Below, in pieces: positions 1-7,852 of a stretch of 14,805 bases of DNA; the stretch's first letter is position 1; every line of letters starts with the position of its first letter. The position numbers and the translations under genes were made by a program. Origin of the DNA: Candidatus Thorarchaeota archaeon (GTDB lineage: Archaea > Asgardarchaeota > Thorarchaeia > Thorarchaeales > Thorarchaeaceae); assembly GCA_046758445.1 (NCBI GenBank), contig JBHIAE010000062.1, forward strand, positions 1 through 14,805. The letters are read 5' to 3'. Under the pieces are notes generated by a model that ran no database searches, was not told where the DNA came from, and saw nothing but the letters and a program-made list of their open reading frames with translations.

Positions 1-903
1 TATGACAACATTCCCTTTCTTATGTCCAGTATCGACGTATCGATGAGCTTCGACAATCTCCTCCAACGGGTAAGTTCTGTCTATGACTGAAATGAGCTTG
101 CCTTCCTCAATAATCTGTCTGAGCTTAATCAGTTCTTGAGTTTCTTCCTTGCCTTGAGTAGTTATACTGAGGAATATCCCATCCTCCTTCAATGCACCTT
201 CACTAGTTGAAGGGGAAATCTTCCCTACAGCGTCGAAGACTACATCATAGGTTTCGCCCGTTTGGGCAAAGTCCGTCTTCTTGTAGTCGATCAGATTGTC
301 AGCACCTAGTGACTTCACCATCTCGAAATTGGATTCGCTACATACCCCGGTTACCTCTGCCCCCCAGTACTTTGACAGCTGAACTGCATTTGTTCCTACA
401 GACCCAGACGCGCCGTATACGAGGACTTTCTGTCCTGGTTGGATGTCTGCTCTCTTTAGAACGTTCAATGCTCCCATGCCCGGAATGGGGATTGTTGCCG
501 CTTCCTCGTACGACATGTTTGCTGGTTTTGTTGCGATCACTGTGTCCTCTGGCAGACATTTGTACTCAGCGTGGCCACCAAATCCAGTTGGGTAGGTGGT
601 TGCAAAAACCTCGTCGCCAATCTTGAATTTGGTCACGTTCTCGCCAACTGCTTCTACTTGGCCAGCAAGTTGCATCCCTAGGATCTTCTTCCTTGGTCCT
701 CTGATGCCCAAGAATAATCGCGCCATGAAACGTACGAACATATTTCCCGGGACATCAAGACTTCTCATTCTCGAATCTCCTCTTGATAGAGTTGTGGCGT
801 GAATCCTAACCAGAACTTCGTTGCTTCTTGGGGTTGGCTTCTCTATATCTCTTATTTCTACAACTTCAGGGGGTCCGAACTTCTCGTAAACAGCAGCTTT
901 CAT
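1..903 (-). CDS. Zn-independent MDR-superfamily NAD(P)-dependent oxidoreductase (quinone oxidoreductase-like), 3' partial
   Basis: Not in the ORF track. Hand translation from ATG at 903: MKAAVYEKFGPPEVVEIRDIEKPTPRSNEVLVRIHAT...KILGMQLAGQVEAVG...GQKVLVYGASGSVGTNAVQL...YDVVFDAVG...[29 protein letters not shown], open to position 1. AGGAG RBS upstream. No GHE Zn motif. Colinear with 3680..4651. Confidence 0.93.
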   Translation of the reverse strand, partial: MKAAVYEKFGPPEVVEIRDIEKPTPRSNEVLVRIHATTLSRGDSRMRSLDVPGNMFVRFMARLFLGIRGPRKKILGMQLAGQVEAVGENVTKFKIGDEVFATTYPTGFGGHAEYKCLPEDTVIATKPANMSYEEAATIPIPGMGALNVLKRADIQPGQKVLVYGASGSVGTNAVQLSKYWGAEVTGVCSESNFEMVKSLGADNLIDYKKTDFAQTGETYDVVFDAVGKISPSTSEGALKEDGIFLSITTQGKEETQELIKLRQIIEEGKLISVIDRTYPLEEIVEAHRYVDTGHKKGNVVI

Positions 904-971
904 TTGGGTCTCCTTCTCGACCTACGAATCTTTTCCATCTCAGATTTATCTGTTATTGAAAAGGGTGCGGA

Positions 972-2069
972 TCACATGAACCGTTGCATCATCTGATCTA
1001 TGAAACCATCGATGTTCTGTGCGTTGACATTGTTCTCAGACATGATTTGACCTACTCGGGTTCTCCTAGGAGAATCATGCAAGTCCTTCATGCTTGTGAA
1101 GGCTCCGAGTCGTCGACCAAACCGGTACACCATCTGTTCTTCTTCATCCAAGTCAAGGAACCGTTGGAGTATCGATAATAGGTTTGTCTTTGCTTCAGGG
1201 AGTTCCCCGTTGAGGTCAGCAAAAAGATTCAGTATGTGGTCACTCACAAGGTAGCTTGAGATACCCTCTAGTTTCTCGATGAATGTATGAAGCTCCCGAA
1301 CAACCTCCACATCATTACACCGGTCAAACTGATCCGACATCATGAGTTCATAAAGAGGCGCTCGAACAGGAAGAGCGAGTGGACGCAGCCGAATGAAGTC
1401 AGGATCAATCTGGTTCAGAGCATCAGCAGATTCAGTGGCATGTTCATTCGACAGGCTCCTACCTCCCAGTCCCGGCATGAAGTACTCTGATAGCTCCATC
1501 CCTGCTTCTTTCACCTTTAGTCCAGCCCGGATATGAATGGCTTTCGAGGCGCCTTTTCTCACCGTCTTGAGTACATTGTCAGAGCCAGATTCAAGTCCAA
1601 CATGGATTCGTGTGAGACCTGAATCCTTCAGAATGGTGAGGTCTTCAACGCTCATCTTGTTCAAGGTGGAGGAACGAGCATAGGATGTGACCCTCTCGAT
1701 ATTGGGGAAACTTGCTCTCAAGTGGTTGAGAATCCTTGCCAACTTCTCTGCTCCAATCACCAAAGCGTCGGCATCCTGAAGGAACACTGATTTCATTCCA
1801 TGGCTCGTCCAGTGCATTGCAGCATCATAGGCGAGTGGTTCCTCCATCTCAATACCCGGCTTCGGATTCTGGAGGAAATCGGTGTACTCTCGAACATAGT
1901 CAATGTCACGCAGGATGTGTTCGGGCTTGCGTATTGAGAATTCAGCGTCCTTGTACACTGGGCAGAATTGACACCGGTTCCACTCACAGTTACGGGTCAC
2001 TCGAATCAGGAGACTTCGAGCCTCACTTGGAGGTCTAATGGGGCCCATTTCGTACCTATACTCTGTCAA
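972..2069 (-). CDS. Radical SAM protein, function unknown
   Basis: 365 aa, TTG start. N-terminal RPPSEARSLLIRVTRNCEWNRCQFC cluster motif (CX4CX2C), VFLQDAD, RVTSYAR, GLTRIHVGLESG SAM-binding segment, YFMPGLGG. Confidence 0.9.
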   Translation of the reverse strand: MTEYRYEMGPIRPPSEARSLLIRVTRNCEWNRCQFCPVYKDAEFSIRKPEHILRDIDYVREYTDFLQNPKPGIEMEEPLAYDAAMHWTSHGMKSVFLQDADALVIGAEKLARILNHLRASFPNIERVTSYARSSTLNKMSVEDLTILKDSGLTRIHVGLESGSDNVLKTVRKGASKAIHIRAGLKVKEAGMELSEYFMPGLGGRSLSNEHATESADALNQIDPDFIRLRPLALPVRAPLYELMMSDQFDRCNDVEVVRELHTFIEKLEGISSYLVSDHILNLFADLNGELPEAKTNLLSILQRFLDLDEEEQMVYRFGRRLGAFTSMKDLHDSPRRTRVGQIMSENNVNAQNIDGFIDQMMQRFM

Positions 2070-2120
2070 GAATTCCCGATCCTATGAGTGCCTTGGTCCG
2101 TCCTTATGCAAGTCGACCAG

Positions 2121-2130
2121 ATTTATAATA
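2121..2130. promoter_or_regulatory. Putative bidirectional TATA box between the divergent radical SAM and MFS genes
   Basis: ATTTATAATA reads TTTATAAT on + and TTATAAAT on -. It lies about 52 nt from the radical SAM start and 60 nt from the MFS start. Confidence 0.5.
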
Positions 2131-2190
2131 ACGCAATGTTGCATTTCCCCTTTTTGGGGAATATCGGAGATGGAAGGCATAGAGGACCAC

Positions 2191-3657
2191 ATGAAGAATG
2201 AGAACACCATTGATTTCGATGAGCGTCTACCATTGCGGTCGAAGATCGCGTATGGCCTGTCTCAAGCTTCTGTGAGCCTTCTCATGGGCATCGCTCTGGG
2301 CGCTGCAATCACTTTCTACTACAATGTCAAGCTGGGCCTAAGTGAAGAATGGATTTCTCTTGCTTGGCTCGTGTTCGCCGTTTGGAACGCAATCAACGAC
2401 CTTTTGTTTGGCATTCTCCAGGAGAGGATTGACACAGACATAGGTCGACGGATACCTGTCATGCGTTTTGGTGCGCCGCTCTATGCTCTCACTTTCATCA
2501 TATGTTGGTTCCCTTTCATTGGAAACACGCAGATTGCTATCTTCTGGAATCTGCTACTGGTCCTCTTCCTATTCGACTCAATGTTCACCATGATCGGATT
2601 GGTCCAAACCGCTCTGCCTGCTGAAATGTGCATTACTCAGAAAGCTAGGTCTAATCTCGCCTTGTATAACGTGGTTCTAGGATCTCTTGGCGGCCTATTC
2701 TCGATGATACTCCCTCTGATTCTACTCACTGATGAATCAACCACCGAGCTCAATCCTCTCTTCAAACCAGTGATGGTACTACTAGGAATAGTTGCTGGAG
2801 CAATCCTGTTCGTTTCGAGTTATGCCCTGACTGAAAACGAGTACGCCAGGACTGAAGAAACGTTGGGTTTCAAGGAATCGATGGTTGAAACTCTCAAGAA
2901 CAGGGAGTTCCTAGCTTTCGAAGCCATGACCTTCTTCCGAGAGATGGCATTCGCGATAGTGATGGGTTCTATGATATACTTCGTGCAGTACGTGTTGAGT
3001 CTGCAGGGTCTCGTGGCTTCCATTCCATTATCGGCTGTCTTTGTCGTCATGCTCCTATTTAGTTTCCTAGCTAATAGAATGGTGAAACGTCGGGGATTGA
3101 AACAGGTCTACATTCTTGGATTGATCCTAACTAGTGCTGGTTTAGTGATACTGTTTCTATCGGGGAACTGGCCTCTTGCAGTGATGTTGAGTCTGGTGGT
3201 GGTTGGAATTGGATTGGCACCTGTTGTCTTGATATGGCCGCCGCTGTTAGCGGACGTTATGGACTACGACGAACTCTTGACTGGAAAGAGACGGGAAACG
3301 ACCTATGCAGGCATGAACGCGCTGATCACGAAACCAGCGATCTCCATCGCCAATGCTCTATTCTTGATGGTCATTAGTGGATTCGGCTTTGACAATACAC
3401 AGTCTGTGCAACCAGATTCGGCAATCTTTGGAATACGATTGGGATATGCGTTCATTCCAGCTCTGTTGTGCATTGTCAGTGCCTTCGCTCTATGGAAGTG
3501 GTATAATCTGGATGGTAAGGATTGGATTGCAGAGAAGGTCGAATTGGGAAAGATACGCCTACAAAAAGAAAAGGCATACATTGAACGCCTCCACAGAGAG
3601 GGGAAGATTTCCAAGGTCTACGAGAAACTCTATCGACAATCACAAGACGAGACATAA
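2191..3657 (+). CDS. GPH/MelB-family MFS transporter (sugar/glycoside:cation symporter-like)
   Basis: About 12 hydrophobic helices. Family motifs KIAYG, WNAINDLLFGILQERIDTDIGRRIP and LLADVMDYDELLTGKRRETTYAG. Start moved from 2038 (overlaps the radical SAM gene) to in-frame ATG 2191, which has GAGG upstream. Confidence 0.9.
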   Translation: MKNENTIDFDERLPLRSKIAYGLSQASVSLLMGIALGAAITFYYNVKLGLSEEWISLAWLVFAVWNAINDLLFGILQERIDTDIGRRIPVMRFGAPLYALTFIICWFPFIGNTQIAIFWNLLLVLFLFDSMFTMIGLVQTALPAEMCITQKARSNLALYNVVLGSLGGLFSMILPLILLTDESTTELNPLFKPVMVLLGIVAGAILFVSSYALTENEYARTEETLGFKESMVETLKNREFLAFEAMTFFREMAFAIVMGSMIYFVQYVLSLQGLVASIPLSAVFVVMLLFSFLANRMVKRRGLKQVYILGLILTSAGLVILFLSGNWPLAVMLSLVVVGIGLAPVVLIWPPLLADVMDYDELLTGKRRETTYAGMNALITKPAISIANALFLMVISGFGFDNTQSVQPDSAIFGIRLGYAFIPALLCIVSAFALWKWYNLDGKDWIAEKVELGKIRLQKEKAYIERLHREGKISKVYEKLYRQSQDET

Positions 3658-3679
3658 TGGACCGACATCTTCTCAGTAT

Positions 3680-4651
3680 CTAGTAAAGATGGTCTAGAGT
3701 TATCACAACGTTTCCTTTCTTTCTTCCAGTTTCAACATACCTTGTGGCCTCAGCGATCTCTTCCAACGGATAAGTTCTATCAATAATCGGCTTAAGCTCT
3801 CCAGCCTCAACGAGTTCTTTGATAAAGATCAAGTCTTCAACGAGACCAGTTGATGTTCCTCCAAGGATTCTCTTGCTGCTTCTCATTGTAGCGAATTTGG
3901 CCTGAACACTGCGTCTCATCATATGGACAGCGTCAAGAAAGACTCCTCCTTCATTTAGCGCTTTCATAGAACCAAACAGCGAGAGCTTGTCCACTGCGTC
4001 AAATATCGCATCATAGGTTTCACCGCTTTGGGTGAAGTCTTCAGCTGTATAGTCTATCATCTTGTCAGCCCCAAGTTCCTTCACCCAATCCAGATTTGAG
4101 GTACTGCAAACAGCAGTGACCTCACCTCCGAAATACCTGACGAGCTGTACTGCATAGGAACCCACACTACTAGAAGCACCATAGATGAGGACCTTCTGGC
4201 CACTCTGGATGTTCCCTTGAGTCTTGAGGAAGAATAACGCCGTATCTGTTCCCACAGGCACAACGGCGGCTTCCCCAAATGACAGATTCGCTGGTTTATG
4301 GGTAATAGAGCCATCCTCGGGTATACAAGCATATTCAGCGTAGGCCCCAAAAGTGAAACCCATGGTTCCGAATATCTGGTCACCTGGCTTGAATAGTGTA
4401 ACCCCATCGCCTATAGCTTCAACTTCTCCAGCCAGCTCAATACCTAGAATGTTGAATCTCTTAGGTCTTAACAGACCATTCACCATTCTTGCCAGAAAAG
4501 GATCAGTCTTTCGCATACGCCAGTCAGCAGCTGTTACTGATGTGGCATGTATTTTGACAAGCACTTCATTCTCCTTTGGAGCTGGCTTCTCTATCTCTTT
4601 GATCTGAAGAACTTCTGGAGGTCCGTACTTCTCGAATACTACCGCTTTCAT
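3680..4651 (-). CDS. Zn-independent MDR-superfamily NAD(P)-dependent oxidoreductase
   Basis: 323 aa: [77 protein letters not shown]. No Zn ligands. Confidence 0.93.
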   Translation of the reverse strand: MKAVVFEKYGPPEVLQIKEIEKPAPKENEVLVKIHATSVTAADWRMRKTDPFLARMVNGLLRPKRFNILGIELAGEVEAIGDGVTLFKPGDQIFGTMGFTFGAYAEYACIPEDGSITHKPANLSFGEAAVVPVGTDTALFFLKTQGNIQSGQKVLIYGASSSVGSYAVQLVRYFGGEVTAVCSTSNLDWVKELGADKMIDYTAEDFTQSGETYDAIFDAVDKLSLFGSMKALNEGGVFLDAVHMMRRSVQAKFATMRSSKRILGGTSTGLVEDLIFIKELVEAGELKPIIDRTYPLEEIAEATRYVETGRKKGNVVITLDHLY

Positions 4652-4766
4652 TTCGGTATCCTTCCCGACATTTAAGAGCCCAATCCGAGTGATATCTGTT
4701 GCTCAAATCACATCAACCAAGATGCTGTTCTAGGCCCTGAGCAAACTCCTTGGTTTCTCTTGTCTG

Positions 4767-5753
4767 TTACACACATTCCCTGAGAAATCCAAGTATATCC
4801 GAATTCATTTTGGAAACATGCTCTCCGAGCCAGACTAGATGTCCAATATTCTCAAGACTGCATAGCCTCGCATTCGGAATAGACGAAAATGAGAATTCGG
4901 CATTTGCGTATGACACATCCCCATCAGCTGTTCCATGAATCACTAATGTTGGACACTTTATGGCTCCCAAGCTAGTGAAAGAAACCTGTTCAAGTTGATT
5001 CAAATCATTGTTTAGTCCAGCCATTCTTGGACTCATTGGACATGTCGTGCGGATGAACCTCTTATACCATGCAACTTGTTCCGGGATGTCCATCACTTGC
5101 CTGACATAATCATCCTTACCCTTAGAATCTAGAATCATGGTCTCCTTGAGCGCTTCCTTTAGCGACCATGCAGTCGCGCGTCTGGTCAGTATATCATAGA
5201 GCCATATCCCAAAATCCGCCACGGAATTGGACATGAGTATTCTACCAAGCGTGGAATTCAGTTGGTCTTGATTCACAATATATTCCTTGCTGACTGCAGC
5301 CATTAGAATAAGAGCCCATATTCGGTCTGGATGGCGCAGAGCAAAGTGCAGAGCTACAGGACCTCCAGCTGAGGCACCAAGAATCGCGACCTTCGAGATG
5401 CCAAGCGCGTCTAATAGTGCTTCAATTGCATCTGCTTGTTCCTCGAATGTTTCCCCTGTACTCAATGGTGTACGCAGATACCCTGGTCTAGATATTGCCA
5501 ATAAGGAGAAACCCTCTTTGGTCCACATTTCCACATCAAGTAAGCCCTGATCATATCCACCGGGTCCGCCGTGTAGCATTAGGAGCACGGGTCCACTTCC
5601 AATCAAAGCATACTCAATCTCACCCATTGAAGTACTAGCAATCTTGCTACCTTCATTTAGAGCTTTGAGTAAATCTCGCTTCCAACCCCTGAATGATATT
5701 ACAATCCAGACAAGTAGCACTCCGAGAAGGATAAGAGAGAATTCAACGAACAT
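4767..5753 (-). CDS. Alpha/beta hydrolase with N-terminal membrane anchor
   Basis: HGGPGG oxyanion motif, SRPGY, nucleophile elbow GASAGG, HGTAD acid and IGH histidine. Hydrophobic N-terminus FSLILLGVLLVWIVISF. Start uncertain: ATG 5753 preferred, ATG 5798 possible. Confidence 0.88.
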   Translation of the reverse strand: MFVEFSLILLGVLLVWIVISFRGWKRDLLKALNEGSKIASTSMGEIEYALIGSGPVLLMLHGGPGGYDQGLLDVEMWTKEGFSLLAISRPGYLRTPLSTGETFEEQADAIEALLDALGISKVAILGASAGGPVALHFALRHPDRIWALILMAAVSKEYIVNQDQLNSTLGRILMSNSVADFGIWLYDILTRRATAWSLKEALKETMILDSKGKDDYVRQVMDIPEQVAWYKRFIRTTCPMSPRMAGLNNDLNQLEQVSFTSLGAIKCPTLVIHGTADGDVSYANAEFSFSSIPNARLCSLENIGHLVWLGEHVSKMNSDILGFLRECV

Positions 5754-6003
5754 ATGGAATCCGTCATCTTGATGGTATATCATTCTTTGTACATTCATCT
5801 AACGATGAAAGTCCAGAATGATCTCTGGGACGGGTATATAGAAGACCTTCAACAACTTGGGATCATTACCTCCATCATAAGGGTCGTAGTAAGCTTTCTC
5901 ACTGGAGACCTGATTTAATGCGTGAATGCTTTGAAATGATGAAAAGACTCTTGTTCCAGTTGTCTAACATCCAGTGTTTGAAGTAGGCAGGAGCCTGTCA
6001 GGC

Positions 6004-7026
6004 ATGAAGATCTTGGGATACGCAACAAGGGCAGTAGGACAGCCGCTAGAGCCATTCACCTACAAGCCACCCAAGATGGGGGAGCATGATGTTCGGGTCT
6101 CGGTCACACACTGCGGTCTGTGCCATACCGACATCCACGCCATCGACAACTACTACGGAATAACCACCTTCCCCTTTGTCCCCGGCCACGAGATTGTTGG
6201 GCACGTGTCGGCTGTGGGCGACTCAGTATCCGGCTTAAAGGAGGGGGAGCGGGTTGGTATCGGCTGGCAGGGTCGTTCTTGCATGCAATGCAAGTGGTGC
6301 GAGCAGGGCGAAGAGCATCTCTGTATGGACATTGTTTCGTCAGGAAGTTGGGTTCCCTATGGAGGCTTCTCTACTTCTGTCGTTGCGGATAGCCGCTTTG
6401 CATACGCGCTTCCTGAAGCCATTCCCTCCGAAGTGGCTGCGGTGCTCATGTGCGCCGGAGTCACGGTCTACTCCCCGCTCCGATTGTACGCAGCCCGACA
6501 AGCGCAGAAGGTTGGTGTCATCGGCGTGGGAGGGCTGGGCCACCTCGCATTGCAGTTCGCCCGCGCCCTTGACTACGAAGTAACTGCCATCTCCTCCTCT
6601 CCAGACAAGAAGAAGGAAGCTCTTGCCTTTGGCGCAGACAACTTCATCGTTTCGGACGACCAGAAGAGCCTGCAGAAGGCAATGTTCGGCTTCGACTTGC
6701 TACTATGCACCGCCTCTGGCAATATCAATTGGGAGGTGCTACTGAATACTTTGAAGAAGAATGGGAGGCTGGTCCTTGTCGGCTTCCCAGACGTAGCCTT
6801 CAATTCGACTGACCTCATTGCACACCAACTATCGATCACTGGTTCCTTTCTTGGCAATCGGGCTACAATACGGGAGATGCTCTCGTTTGCACAGGAGCAC
6901 GGAATCATGCCCAAGGTAGAGTTGATGCCCATGAGGGAGGTAAACGAAGCGATTCGAAAGGTGAAGGAGAACAAGGCACGCTACCGAATCGTACTATTCA
7001 ACGACATCGCCGATACGGGAGTCTAA
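6004..7026 (+). CDS. Zn-dependent alcohol dehydrogenase/aldehyde reductase, CAD (YahK/Ahr-like) family
   Basis: CGLCHTD catalytic Zn Cys, PGHEIVG, structural Zn CMQCKWCEQGEEHLC, LMCAGVTVYSP, GVGGLGH Rossmann motif, KARYRIVL end. ATG 6004 preferred over GTG 5974. Confidence 0.93.
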   Translation: MKILGYATRAVGQPLEPFTYKPPKMGEHDVRVSVTHCGLCHTDIHAIDNYYGITTFPFVPGHEIVGHVSAVGDSVSGLKEGERVGIGWQGRSCMQCKWCEQGEEHLCMDIVSSGSWVPYGGFSTSVVADSRFAYALPEAIPSEVAAVLMCAGVTVYSPLRLYAARQAQKVGVIGVGGLGHLALQFARALDYEVTAISSSPDKKKEALAFGADNFIVSDDQKSLQKAMFGFDLLLCTASGNINWEVLLNTLKKNGRLVLVGFPDVAFNSTDLIAHQLSITGSFLGNRATIREMLSFAQEHGIMPKVELMPMREVNEAIRKVKENKARYRIVLFNDIADTGV

Positions 7027-7082
7027 ATGGGTCTATATGTGTCATTTCTGCCGATTTCGGAGTAGTTCTGAATACTCGACAA

Positions 7083-7580
7083 TTAATGAGAAGGCATATG
7101 ATGACCATTAGATGATATTGCTTTTCCATGTATTAGATAGTGGTTGATTGCTTCTTCCCAGAATTCCATTTCGTGATTAAATCTCTCCTCAGTGAATCTT
7201 CCTACTTCTTTATTTCCTCTTTCAGTTAGTCCTGTATATGTGTACCTAATTGTTGTTTTAGTATGTCTGCTATCATGCTTTTCCAATTGAATGTTAATTC
7301 TCACAATCATTGTATCAGGAATAATATACATCATTTCAATCAGACTATTTGGATTGTACTTTGTGATAATCCATGTGACTTTTGCATCATCACCATGTGT
7401 AGTTTGAAAAATAGCCCCATCTTCCGAAATCCCAGTGGAAGAATGTATAACTTCTGCTTTGAAATGTGGAAGCCATTCTGATTCTCTAACTGGACATAAT
7501 AGAGGAAATACTTCATCAGGTTGTCCTGCATTCATTTGTGTATATTCTCGAGAAATCCGTTTTGATAGGTATTTTGACAT
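7083..7580 (-). CDS. Conserved hypothetical protein, probable SRPBCC/Bet v1-like fold
   Basis: PDEVFPLLCPVRESEWL early helix, beta-rich core and C-terminal helix MEFWEEAINHYL. ATG 7580 has GAGG upstream and is preferred over 7673. The fold is inferred from pattern only. Confidence 0.7.
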   Translation of the reverse strand: MSKYLSKRISREYTQMNAGQPDEVFPLLCPVRESEWLPHFKAEVIHSSTGISEDGAIFQTTHGDDAKVTWIITKYNPNSLIEMMYIIPDTMIVRINIQLEKHDSRHTKTTIRYTYTGLTERGNKEVGRFTEERFNHEMEFWEEAINHYLIHGKAISSNGHHMPSH

Positions 7581-7697
7581 GAACTTGTCCTCTAAGCATG
7601 TTGATTCAATGCTGATTGTCAGAGTTTCTCTGTATAAGTATGTGCCATTTTTGCCGATATCCTTAAGATTCAAAGCGTATTGCCTTACACAAACTTA

Positions 7698-7773
7698 GCC
7701 GGTTTGGCGGAGTAGCATACGCGTTGGACTGCAAATCCAATTTACCTGGGTGCAAATCCCAGAGCCGGCTCCA
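7698..7773 (+). tRNA. tRNA-Cys(GCA), intronless, CCA encoded
   Basis: Acceptor GCCGGTT/AGCCGGC (one G-U), D stem GCG/CGC, anticodon stem TTGGA/TCCAA with loop CT-GCA-AA, T stem CTGGG/CCCAG with loop TGCAAAT, discriminator U73 (Cys identity element), then CCA. Confidence 0.95.
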
Positions 7774-7782
7774 CTTCCTTTT
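7774..7782 (+). terminator. Possible pyrimidine-rich terminator of the tRNA gene
   Basis: CTTCCTTTT directly after CCA, and a further T5 run at 7796-7800. Archaeal terminators are U-rich tracts. Confidence 0.35.
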
Positions 7783-7852
7783 CGAGTAGACATCATTTTT
7801 CATGGAAGGTTTTATTCGTACCATGAAGCGGTAGGGAGTGTGGGTTTGAATC

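Noticed and set aside
900-974. Selenocysteine readthrough or fusion at the radical SAM TGA
   Set aside because: The readthrough frame is out of phase with the MDR gene and stops after about 24 codons. I recognised no SECIS.
207-996. Track ORFs 207..626, 338..559, 596..802 and 799..996
   Set aside because: They are shadows of the real minus-strand MDR gene at 1..903, which the track missed because its stop lies outside the window.
2038-2190. 51-aa N-terminal extension of the MFS ORF
   Set aside because: It overlaps the divergent gene and the TATA region, and ATG 2191 has an RBS.
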